32,000 nt of DNA from Psychrobacter sp. DM4. Its GTDB lineage: Bacteria > Pseudomonadota > Gammaproteobacteria > Pseudomonadales > Moraxellaceae. Location: positions 990,001 through 1,022,000 of the forward strand of contig NZ_CP195536.1 of assembly GCF_051307035.1 (NCBI RefSeq), in the 5' to 3' direction. Shown in pieces: positions 23,107 to 32,000 of the stretch; positions within the stretch are counted from its first letter, which is position 1, and every line of letters begins with the position of its first letter. The notes under the pieces were generated by a model, which was not told the origin of the DNA, ran no database searches, and saw only the letters and a list, made by a program, of their open reading frames with translations. Both the position numbers and the translations under genes were made by a program.

Positions 23107-24552
23107 ATGTTTCTCGTGAGCCAAGCCGCTACCTTACGCCAACTACATCAAGACCGCCTAAACAATTACAATGAGCAAGAGCAGCAAGCTATTGAGCTTA
23201 TGGGCCTGCTAAATAAACTCTACAATGAGCAGGACATCCAAATTACCTTATTTGGAGAGACTTTGGATGCAGGCTCTGTCGGTAGTATATTGGCATTGCA
23301 TCAAAATGCTGAAACGCGTGGATCAGAGTCAAAGTCCATCGATATCAAAGACACTCTGGCTATGGTCAAACAGATCGCTGCCACTGACAATGTTCAAACT
23401 GTGCGTATCGATGTTGGTCAGCTGATTATCAATAACAGCGACGTCACAGCGGCGCTAGCGTCATTGAGCCAAGATAAGAGCGCAAAAAACGAAGCGACTG
23501 ATATTGTGCTCTACGGGTTTGGTCGTATTGGTCGTATTCTGACACGCTTATTACTATCACAAGCATCAAGTGCCAAAGGCTTACAGCTCAAAGCGATTGT
23601 TGTGCGTCCTGCGGCCGCTGGAGATTTAGCCAAACGCGCCTCTTTACTAGAGCGCGACTCTATTCATGGCGGGTTTTTGGGTGCTATTAGTGTCGACGAG
23701 GTCAATAACGGTATCATTATTAATGGCCGTTTTGTGCAAATTATCTATGCTAATGACCCAAGTGAGATTGATTATACCGCTTATGGTATCGATAACGCGG
23801 TAGTGATTGACAATACAGGTAAGTGGAAAGACGAAGCAGGATTAGGTAAGCACTTGGCATCAAAAGGCGTGCAAAAAGTGTTATTGACTGCGCCTGCTGG
23901 CGGCGAAATCAAAAACGTCGTATACGGTGTCAATAACGATACTATCGGCGATGATACTATTGTAAGTGCTGCAAGCTGTACGACTAATGCGATTACCCCG
24001 TCACTCAAAGTAATCAATGATGAGTATGGTATCGAGAATGGTCACGTAGAAACTATTCACTCCTTTACCAATGATCAAAACCTCATTGATAATTATCATA
24101 AAGCAGATCGCCGTGGTCGTAGTGCGGTACTCAATATGGTGATGACTAGCACGGGCGCTGCCAAAGCAGTGGGCAAAGCCTTACCAGAGCTTGACGGCAA
24201 ATTGACAGGTAATGCTATTCGTGTGCCAACTCCAAATGTGAGTCTGGCGATATTGAACTTAAATCTGAAAACTGCGCCAAAAGATGCTGATGCTTTAAAT
24301 AAGTATATGCGTCAAATGGCCAACGGCAGCACGTGGCAGTTACAGATTGCTTATACCGATTCAACTGAAGCGGTATCAACAGATTTTGTTGGTACTACGC
24401 ATGTTGGTATCCTCGATGCACAAGCGACTATCGTCACTGACAATCATGCTACTGTCTATATCTGGTATGACAATGAAGTTGGCTATAGCACGCAAGTACT
24501 GCGCTTAGCAACACAGATGGCAGGTATCAGCTACTCACAGATACCAGCTTAA
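23107..24552 (+). CDS. gap: Glyceraldehyde-3-phosphate dehydrogenase, long form with ~130-aa N-terminal extension
   Basis: 481-aa ORF. The Rossmann motif VLYGFGRIGR begins near residue 133. It has the catalytic SAASCTTNAITP motif and the C-terminal WYDNEVGYS typical of GAPDH. Confidence 0.85.
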   Translation: MFLVSQAATLRQLHQDRLNNYNEQEQQAIELMGLLNKLYNEQDIQITLFGETLDAGSVGSILALHQNAETRGSESKSIDIKDTLAMVKQIAATDNVQTVRIDVGQLIINNSDVTAALASLSQDKSAKNEATDIVLYGFGRIGRILTRLLLSQASSAKGLQLKAIVVRPAAAGDLAKRASLLERDSIHGGFLGAISVDEVNNGIIINGRFVQIIYANDPSEIDYTAYGIDNAVVIDNTGKWKDEAGLGKHLASKGVQKVLLTAPAGGEIKNVVYGVNNDTIGDDTIVSAASCTTNAITPSLKVINDEYGIENGHVETIHSFTNDQNLIDNYHKADRRGRSAVLNMVMTSTGAAKAVGKALPELDGKLTGNAIRVPTPNVSLAILNLNLKTAPKDADALNKYMRQMANGSTWQLQIAYTDSTEAVSTDFVGTTHVGILDAQATIVTDNHATVYIWYDNEVGYSTQVLRLATQMAGISYSQIPA

Positions 24553-24590
24553 ACCAAAAGCTCAATGATTCGGTATGAACCATACTTAAG

Positions 24591-24627
24591 CATCCGATAG
24601 TCCAGCTGATTATCGGATGTTATTGTT
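24591..24627 (+). terminator. Rho-independent terminator after gap
   Basis: 9-bp perfect stem CATCCGATA (24591-24599) / TATCGGATG (24611-24619) with an 11-nt loop, followed by TTATTGTT. Confidence 0.65.
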
Positions 24628-24689
24628 ATAAAGGTTAGTATAAAATACTCGATTGTAACTCAGCCTTGAGAGCACCTTGGCATCGATAG

Positions 24690-25940
<1,251 letters not shown>

Positions 25941-26012
25941 ATCTATAAAGCGCGGCTCTTTTGAGTATCGCTTTTTGAGGCATGTGCTTTAAGTCTAAGC
26001 GCGCCCTTACAT

Positions 26013-26050
26013 CCTTTTATTCCCATTAGTACCTTTTATTCTTATTAGTA
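26013..26050. repeat. 19-bp tandem duplication just upstream of the proB RBS
   Basis: CCTTTTATTCCCATTAGTA (26013-26031) and CCTTTTATTCTTATTAGTA (26032-26050) differ at 2 positions. More degenerate CTTTnATTAA-like units follow, up to 26075. Confidence 0.6.
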
Positions 26051-26087
26051 CTTTGATTAATAGCTACTTTAATTAACAGGAGTTTTT

Positions 26088-27260
26088 ATGGCAGTTGACA
26101 ACCAAGACACGACCGAAGAAGCTAGATTCATTCAGCAAACTCGTAACTTCGACATCAAACGCGTGATTGTCAAAATTGGCTCGTCGCTATTGACTAACAA
26201 TGGACGAGGGCTTGACCGAACTGCCATATACGAATGGGCAAAACAAATTGCAAAGCTACATAACCAAGGTACAGAAGTACTGTTAGTGTCCTCAGGTGCG
26301 GTCGCTGAAGGTGTGGTACGTATGAATTTGGAGGAGCGCCCAAAGAAGCTAGCAGCTCTACAAGCTTGCGCTTCTATTGGTCAGATGGGCTTGATTGAGA
26401 CATGGTGGTCGGCGCTTATTCAACACGGTGTACAGAGCTCACAGTTACTATTGACTCATGATGATTTATCCAATCGTCGCCGCTATCTCAATACAACAGG
26501 CGCACTAACGCAGCTACTTGAGTGGCGCGTGCTACCCGTTATCAACGAAAATGATACGATTACAGTAGACGAGATCAAGTTTGGTGATAACGATACTTTG
26601 GGCGCTATGGCTGCAGCTATGATTAACGCCGACCTTTATATTATTTTGACCGATCAAGATGGTGTTTTTACGGATAATCCACGCGATAATCCTAATGCTA
26701 GAATGATTCACCAAGAGCGCGCCATGGCCGATTACTTGTTCGATATTGCTGGCGATGGTGGCAAGCTTGGACGCGGTGGTATGCTTACCAAGATCCGTGC
26801 AGGTCGCCTAGCGGCTATGGGCGGTTGTCCGACAGTTATCGTCAGCGGCGCTATCGAAAACGTCATTACTCGTGTGGTATCTGGCGAGGCAATTGGTACT
26901 TTACTTACCACTAACGACGCGGACAAAATCATCGCGCGTAAACAGTGGATTGCAGCGCATCTGCGTATGTCAGGTAGTCTCATCGTTGACGATGGCGCAG
27001 CCAAAGCCTTGACACAGAACAACAGTAGTCTATTACCCGTAGGTGTGGTCGAAGTACGCGGCGGTTTTGATGAAGGCGATGTGGTTGAGATTATTAATCA
27101 AGCTACAGGCGAGCGTATAGCGGTTGGACAAGTGAACTTTTCTTCTAATGAGGCGCGTCGCGTCGCCCGTGAGCGTACCGAAAAGTTCGATAAAATTTTG
27201 GGTACTAGCGAGGAGCGAGTAGTCATGGTACATCGTGACAACCTGGCTTTATCTATGTAG
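26088..27260 (+). CDS. proB: Glutamate 5-kinase ProB (with C-terminal PUA domain)
   Basis: 390-aa ORF. It has the amino-acid-kinase N-terminus KRVIVKIGSSLLT, the motif NENDTITVDEIKFGDNDTLGA, and a PUA-like C-terminal region (LLPVGVVEVRGGFDEGDVVEI). An AGGAG SD is present, and obg-proB synteny is conserved. Confidence 0.9.
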   Translation: MAVDNQDTTEEARFIQQTRNFDIKRVIVKIGSSLLTNNGRGLDRTAIYEWAKQIAKLHNQGTEVLLVSSGAVAEGVVRMNLEERPKKLAALQACASIGQMGLIETWWSALIQHGVQSSQLLLTHDDLSNRRRYLNTTGALTQLLEWRVLPVINENDTITVDEIKFGDNDTLGAMAAAMINADLYIILTDQDGVFTDNPRDNPNARMIHQERAMADYLFDIAGDGGKLGRGGMLTKIRAGRLAAMGGCPTVIVSGAIENVITRVVSGEAIGTLLTTNDADKIIARKQWIAAHLRMSGSLIVDDGAAKALTQNNSSLLPVGVVEVRGGFDEGDVVEIINQATGERIAVGQVNFSSNEARRVARERTEKFDKILGTSEERVVMVHRDNLALSM

Positions 27261-27316
27261 CGTTATCAGCGTACTTAGTAACCCTTTTATAATTATACCA
27301 TTTTGGAGATTTGCGC

Positions 27317-28450
27317 ATGAGCGCCTCAGACAACGCTTTGCCTACCCACGATTTCGCTCCGCTAAAAAACGACAGATTGCTACGGGCGTTACGTTTTGAG
27401 TCCATCGATACGACGCCAGTATGGATGATGCGTCAAGCAGGGCGCTATTTGCCAGAGTATAAAGCGACTCGTGCTGAGGCTGGCGACTTTATGAGCCTGT
27501 GCAAAGACACTGACCGAGCAACGGAAGTAACCTTACAGCCACTGCGTCGTTTTGATTTGGATGCTGCTATTTTGTTCAGTGACATTTTAACTATTCCTGA
27601 TGCTATGGGTCTTGGTCTATACTTTGAGACTGGTGAAGGACCCAAGTTTGAGCGTCAGATTCGCACTCAAGCGGACATTGATAATTTGCCTGTACTCGAT
27701 GTCAATGACTCGCTCGATTATGTCATGCGCGCAGTCACTAGTATTCGTAAAGCGCTAAACGGTCAGGTGCCCTTATTTGGGTTCTCAGGCAGTCCTTGGA
27801 CACTAGCGACTTATATGATTGAAGGCGGTAGCTCAAAAGACTATCGCTATACTAAAGGCATGCTCTATAGTCAGCCAGAATTGCTTCACGCACTGCTTGA
27901 CAAGCTAGCTACAGCGGTCACAGATTACTTAGATGCACAAATTGTCGCGGGTGCACAAATCGTACAGATATTTGATAGTTGGGGCGGCGCGCTTGGTCAT
28001 CGTCAGTTTGTTGAATTCTCTCATTTATACAATAAGCGCATTATTGCAGATTTGAAGTCGCGTCATCCTGATATTCCAGTGGTTCTGTTTACCAAAGGCG
28101 GTGGTCTCTGGCTTGATATTCAGGCTGATAGTGAGGCGGACGTTCTAGGGCTTGACTGGACGATGCCATTAGATCGCGCGCGCCAAGTACTAACAGAGAG
28201 TCAGCGCCAATTGACCAAACAGCATAAAAAGATTCAAAGTAGCAAGGCGATACAAGGTAATCTGGACCCTTCAACCTTGTATGCGTCTCCGCAAATGATA
28301 CGTGATGAAGTTAAATTTATGCTTGATAGTGCGTATGCTAGTGGTAATAAAACAGGCTATATCGCAAACTTAGGTCATGGTATTACTCAGTGGGTCAATC
28401 CTGATCATGCCAAAGTCTTTATCGATGCGGTACATGAGTACCAGATATAG
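27317..28450 (+). CDS. hemE: Uroporphyrinogen decarboxylase HemE
   Basis: [47 protein letters not shown] is nearly identical in pattern to the E. coli HemE N-terminus. The ATG at 27317 has GGAGA 7 nt upstream; the track starts at a TTG at 27311. Confidence 0.9.
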   Translation: MSASDNALPTHDFAPLKNDRLLRALRFESIDTTPVWMMRQAGRYLPEYKATRAEAGDFMSLCKDTDRATEVTLQPLRRFDLDAAILFSDILTIPDAMGLGLYFETGEGPKFERQIRTQADIDNLPVLDVNDSLDYVMRAVTSIRKALNGQVPLFGFSGSPWTLATYMIEGGSSKDYRYTKGMLYSQPELLHALLDKLATAVTDYLDAQIVAGAQIVQIFDSWGGALGHRQFVEFSHLYNKRIIADLKSRHPDIPVVLFTKGGGLWLDIQADSEADVLGLDWTMPLDRARQVLTESQRQLTKQHKKIQSSKAIQGNLDPSTLYASPQMIRDEVKFMLDSAYASGNKTGYIANLGHGITQWVNPDHAKVFIDAVHEYQI

Positions 28451-28506
28451 AGTTTAGTTTTTACCAGCTCACAATTTTAATAGTCATTAGTATAAAAGGA
28501 TAAGTT

Positions 28507-29574
28507 ATGATCTCAGCAGCTATCGTTGGTGGAACAGGCTATACCGGTATCGAACTTATTCGCCTGCTATCAGCACATCCGCAAGTGTCTATTGATTTAT
28601 TGACCTCGCGTAGCGAAGCAGGTTTGCGTGCTGATGATATTTTTCCAAGTTTGCGCGGTATTACAGACCTCACATTTAGCGATTTAGGGGATGATACGCT
28701 GTCGGCTTTACAAAAGTGTGATGTCGTGTTTTTTGCCACTCCACATGGTGTTGCTATGCAACAAGCTGAAGCACTTACTCAATCTGGTGTCAGAGTTATC
28801 GATTTGGCCGCTGATTTTCGCCTGCAATCGTTGCCTGATTTTGAGCAGTGGTATCAACAAAAACATGCTTGTCCAGAACTGCTCAAAACAGCAGTTTATG
28901 GGCTACCTGAAGTGACTCGTGACAAATTATCTGAGGCTCTAGTTGTCGGTAATCCTGGTTGTTATCCAACCACAGCGATCTTAGGGTTAAAACCTATTAT
29001 CGATGCTCAAAATGAGCAAAACACTCGACTCGTTGATGCACGTATTGTCATTGATGCCAAGTCTGGCGTCTCTGGTGCTGGCAGGCAAGCAAAGCTTGCC
29101 CTCAATTATGCTGAAACGACAGATAACTTCAAAGCATATAGCGTAGAGGGTCATCGCCACCTGCCTGAGATTGAACAAGGCGTTGCACAGTTGCTAGATA
29201 GTCGGTTTACTCATCGCATTCGTTTTTTACCGCATCTTGTCCCGATGATACGCGGTATGTTCAGCTCGATACATTTAGAGTTGACTGATGAGGGTAAGTC
29301 TGTAGACTGGCAACAACAGTTTGAGACGAGTTATGCCTCAGAGATTTTTGTCGATGTATTGCCTAAAGAAATTTATCCTGATACGCGTAGCGTGCGCGCC
29401 AGCAACCGATTGCGAATTGCGATACATCAAGACAATGAGCGTAGTGAGCTGACTGTATTGGTCGTACAAGACAATCTAGTCAAAGGTGCTTCTGGACAAG
29501 CCGTACAAAATATGAACGTCATGTTCGGACTTGATGAGTCATTAGGACTTAATTTTGCTCCTATTGTGCCTTAA
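28507..29574 (+). CDS. argC: N-acetyl-gamma-glutamyl-phosphate reductase ArgC
   Basis: 355-aa ORF. It has the N-terminal NAD motif IVGGTGYTGIELIRLL, the catalytic-Cys motif GNPGCYPT, and DNLVKGASGQAVQNMN near the C-terminus. AAAGGA SD. Confidence 0.9.
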   Translation: MISAAIVGGTGYTGIELIRLLSAHPQVSIDLLTSRSEAGLRADDIFPSLRGITDLTFSDLGDDTLSALQKCDVVFFATPHGVAMQQAEALTQSGVRVIDLAADFRLQSLPDFEQWYQQKHACPELLKTAVYGLPEVTRDKLSEALVVGNPGCYPTTAILGLKPIIDAQNEQNTRLVDARIVIDAKSGVSGAGRQAKLALNYAETTDNFKAYSVEGHRHLPEIEQGVAQLLDSRFTHRIRFLPHLVPMIRGMFSSIHLELTDEGKSVDWQQQFETSYASEIFVDVLPKEIYPDTRSVRASNRLRIAIHQDNERSELTVLVVQDNLVKGASGQAVQNMNVMFGLDESLGLNFAPIVP

Positions 29575-29721
29575 CGGTTGTAGCGTATTGCTTGTACTAC
29601 TTTGATAAAACTACTTTTTATCTTTGTTGTATCTACTGAGTCATTCGTATTGACAATGCTAGGTATTGATTATGAATTCCGCTATAATACATCGCTCCTA
29701 CTGATAAGAGATACCTATTAG

Positions 29722-30603
29722 ATGCATGTTAAGACTGCCAAGCGTTTGTGCTCACAGCCCGCATGTTCATCATGTCAGGTTCCTTTGTCTAATAATTTTG
29801 CATTCAAAACGCATCGCTTCGATTCAATTATCACCGCTAATAACCGATCATACTCTCGTTTGAACCATCATGAGACAGGTGCATCAACTTGGTTACTTGC
29901 ATTATTTGTGGCGGCTATATTGGTAACTGCTGTAGTTGGCTTGGTATTTGGTCATAAGCTTGGGTATCAAAGCGGCTATTATTCCATAAAGACTGAGACT
30001 GATAAAGCGGCGGTAAATGGTAAACAAACTTCGCAAGAGTTAAAGGATTTGCGTATCAGTCAAAAGGTGCTTGCCAACCAAGTGGCCACGGCAAAACAAG
30101 AGCTTGAAATCAGTCTTGCTAATTTGGATGATCTACGGGGCATCCAAAGCGCTCTTAAAGTTGAAAATGCACAGGTCGCTCAGCTCAATGATTTGTATGC
30201 TAATATTATTGTTGAAGATGGCGGCATGCCATTACAAGTATTAGGCGCTAAGATAGAACCACTACCTGAGAATGCATTTGAATACGGTTTTGACATCGGT
30301 ATGTTAAGTAGCAGTGGCAAAGAGAGATCTGTCTTAGTGTCACTGACCTTGCTCAATGATGATGATTTTGTAGAGGTGCCATTAGAACCTACGCGTTATA
30401 GCGTAAAAGGTATAGAGCGTATTCGCGGCCGTTTTGTCATGCCAACAAGCTTCAAACCATTACAGATGAAGCTTAGCTTAAAATCTGGAGATCAAGAAGT
30501 CGATCAGCTTTATGATTGGGATTTAGGTGCTATGGTTGATGATATGCCGTTATCGCTTATGGATTTACAGGACATGGATGAAAGTCCTATTGAACCTGAG
30601 TAA
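29722..30603 (+). CDS. Hypothetical bitopic membrane protein with coiled-coil and C-terminal beta-rich domain
   Basis: 293-aa ORF with only one possible ATG before the TM segment. A short cytoplasmic N-terminus carries a Cys cluster (C-x4-C-x2-C). One TM helix (WLLALFVAAILVTAVVGLVFG) is followed by a heptad-like region (QELKDLRISQKVLANQVATAKQELEISLANLDDLRG) and a ~130-aa C-terminal domain. I recognise no family with confidence. Confidence 0.5.
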   Translation: MHVKTAKRLCSQPACSSCQVPLSNNFAFKTHRFDSIITANNRSYSRLNHHETGASTWLLALFVAAILVTAVVGLVFGHKLGYQSGYYSIKTETDKAAVNGKQTSQELKDLRISQKVLANQVATAKQELEISLANLDDLRGIQSALKVENAQVAQLNDLYANIIVEDGGMPLQVLGAKIEPLPENAFEYGFDIGMLSSSGKERSVLVSLTLLNDDDFVEVPLEPTRYSVKGIERIRGRFVMPTSFKPLQMKLSLKSGDQEVDQLYDWDLGAMVDDMPLSLMDLQDMDESPIEPE

Positions 30604-30679
30604 TCTTTTGTTGTAGTATCACATGCCCGTTAGCTATTTCTTTTTACCCTCTGCTCACCTTTTAGTTTGTACTCAAATT

Positions 30680-31087
30680 ATGATTAAAAAACAACACGTT
30701 CATGCTCATCCTAGTGCTGCCGATTGGCATCTCCCAAGTGCGCCTATTCACCGTGCTCAAGACGATGACGGCGAAAATGAAACCGCGCCACAAGCTGACG
30801 TTTTAGTCGCAGAACCAGAGGTCGCAAAGCCGCCTATGTATGCGGTAGTAATGTACAATGACAATTACACGCCTATGGAGTTTGTTGTGTATGTCTTGCA
30901 ATCTGAATTTCGCCACAGTGTAGATTCAGCGGTTGAGGTTATGCTATCCATTCACAATACGAGTAAAGGTATCGCGGGTATCTATCCCAAAGATATCGCG
31001 GAAACCAAAGCTAAAAAAGTGAATAGTTTAGCTCACAGAGAAGGCTATCCTTTATTAACGCAAATAGAGCCGCATCAGGGCGAGTAG
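30680..31087 (+). CDS. clpS: ATP-dependent Clp protease adaptor ClpS
   Basis: PPMYAVVMYNDNYTPMEFVVYVLQSEF...AVEVMLSIHNTSKGIAGIYPKDIAETKAKKV matches the ClpS core (compare E. coli [24 protein letters not shown]). I placed the start at the ATG at 30680 (MIKKQ...); the track's 30623 start adds a hydrophobic artefactual leader. Confidence 0.85.
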   Translation: MIKKQHVHAHPSAADWHLPSAPIHRAQDDDGENETAPQADVLVAEPEVAKPPMYAVVMYNDNYTPMEFVVYVLQSEFRHSVDSAVEVMLSIHNTSKGIAGIYPKDIAETKAKKVNSLAHREGYPLLTQIEPHQGE

Positions 31088-31097
31088 TATACTCGCC
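31079..31097. other. GC-rich hairpin overlapping the clpS stop codon
   Basis: GGCGAGTA (31079-31086) / TACTCGCC (31090-31097), an 8-bp stem with a 3-nt loop. No U-tract follows, so it is not a canonical terminator. It could be an RNA stability or processing element. Confidence 0.35.
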
Positions 31098-31636
31098 AGT
31101 CAAAGCGCCACGTTAAATAACGATTTAATACTCTTACTTCATTATTCCTTGTTTAAACCCTCGCAATTTCAGTCCATTACTCTTGATTAATCTTCGATAA
31201 TCCCTATATAAAACAAGTACCAGTCGTTATTCTTTATTACAGCATTACTTCTTTATTTCTATACACCCTCTTCTTTTTCGTTTCTTTCTTCTACTAAACT
31301 TTAGTTCGTATTTCACTCCATTTCAATGGCTACTTTATACGGCGTCTAGATTAATCGTCGTCATTATCTTGAATACTGATACATTTTGGTACGTAGAAGT
31401 GGATTGACTAACTAGATTTATCATGTTGATATGAATACATGTAGATGTAAATTCTGTTGTTGTCACTCGTTAGTGTAAGAACCACAAAACTGATACTTAG
31501 TGAGAAGTTGCAATGAGTAATACTGGCTATTAGTGTAGTAAGTGCTCTTGAACAATCTGTTTTTGCCCTAATTTACTAACTAAGTCATTCATTAAGCTAT
31601 CAATTATAAAGATAGATACAACCTTAGGAAGTCCTT

Positions 31637-32000
31637 ATGTTAAGTCGTCATTTAGAAGTATCCCTACGTTTGGCAATGACACTTGCGCGCCAAAAATCGC
31701 ACGAGTATCTCACGGTTGAGCATTTATTACTGGCATTACTTGAGAATACTCATGCCGCTAATACGCTGACCGCATGCAATGCCAATGTGACCACGCTACG
31801 TAGCGAGCTTGAAGCGTATATCAATAAGCATACCCCAACAGTAGATGCGGATATGGAGCAGTCGCCACAGCCGACGCAAAGCTTCGATCGTATCTTGCAA
31901 CGTGCTATTTTCCATGTTCAGTCTATCGGTGGCGGTCGTTTGGTAGAAGGCTCAGATATCTTGGTCTCTATGTTCTCTGAGCACGATACTTACGCGGTTT
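31637..32000 (+). CDS. clpA: ATP-dependent Clp protease ATP-binding subunit ClpA, 5' partial (continues beyond the window)
   Basis: Not in the ORF track because no stop is reached. My translation is MLSRHLEVSLRLAMTLARQKSHEYLTVEHLLLALLENTHAANTLTACNANVTTLRSELEAYINKHTP...SFDRILQRAIFHVQS..., collinear with the E. coli ClpA N-domain (MLNQELELSLNMAF...HEFMTVEHLLLALL...LQRAVFHVQS). A TAGGAAG SD lies about 6 nt upstream. Confidence 0.9.
   Translation, partial: MLSRHLEVSLRLAMTLARQKSHEYLTVEHLLLALLENTHAANTLTACNANVTTLRSELEAYINKHTPTVDADMEQSPQPTQSFDRILQRAIFHVQSIGGGRLVEGSDILVSMFSEHDTYAV

Noticed and set aside
31141-31330. Minus-strand purine-rich tract considered as a CsrA/RsmA-sponge sRNA (GGA motifs).
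   Set aside because: There are only four GGA triplets (TCC on the plus strand at 31146, 31173, 31201 and 31317). That is about what the base composition predicts. They are not obviously placed in hairpin loops, and no terminator follows.
31431-31478. 15-codon Cys-rich mini-ORF (MNTCRCKFCCCHSLV) in the clpS-clpA spacer, considered as a leader peptide.
   Set aside because: It has no Shine-Dalgarno sequence. The TGT codons follow from local T/G-rich composition, and I see no attenuator-like alternative hairpins downstream. I cannot support it from sequence alone.

Overview
This is a 32-kb chromosomal window from a moderately AT-rich gammaproteobacterium. Gene content and protein sequences look Moraxellaceae (Psychrobacter/Acinetobacter-like), but that is inference only. 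I call about 22 protein-coding genes, nearly all core housekeeping.

Gene order:
- amgK-murU (peptidoglycan-recycling bypass), + strand.
- cioA-cioB, a cyanide-insensitive-type cytochrome bd oxidase, plus an unlisted 38-aa membrane peptide, - strand.
- An 827-aa lipoprotein with an alpha/beta-hydrolase C-terminal domain, - strand.
- A secreted protein carrying a perfect 18-bp (NSTSNM) tandem repeat, - strand.
- coq7 and an LplT-like MFS transporter, - strand.
- tamA-tamB, both much longer than the E. coli proteins, + strand.
- An unlisted Fur-box-controlled hemP, - strand.
- mutT, a membrane-anchored Blc-type lipocalin, a long-form GAPDH, obg, proB, hemE, argC, a membrane coiled-coil protein, clpS, and the 5' end of clpA (runs off the window, so it is absent from the ORF track), all + strand.

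I found no rRNA, tRNA, CRISPR array, transposase, integrase, toxin-antitoxin pair or recognisable defence genes. I do not see a convincing undescribed multi-gene system here.

The items most worth a second look:
1. The double-length TamA, with a disordered periplasmic extension and a large insertion in POTRA3.
2. The 550-nt non-coding spacer splitting clpS from clpA, which contains a strongly G-depleted tract.
3. The orphan Fur-regulated hemP.
4. The in-frame VNTR protein and its repeat-rich upstream region.
5. Recurrent acidic/Asn/Ser/Thr-rich low-complexity extensions on envelope proteins.

All homology statements come from reading motifs by eye and from memory of reference proteins. None has been checked by database search.
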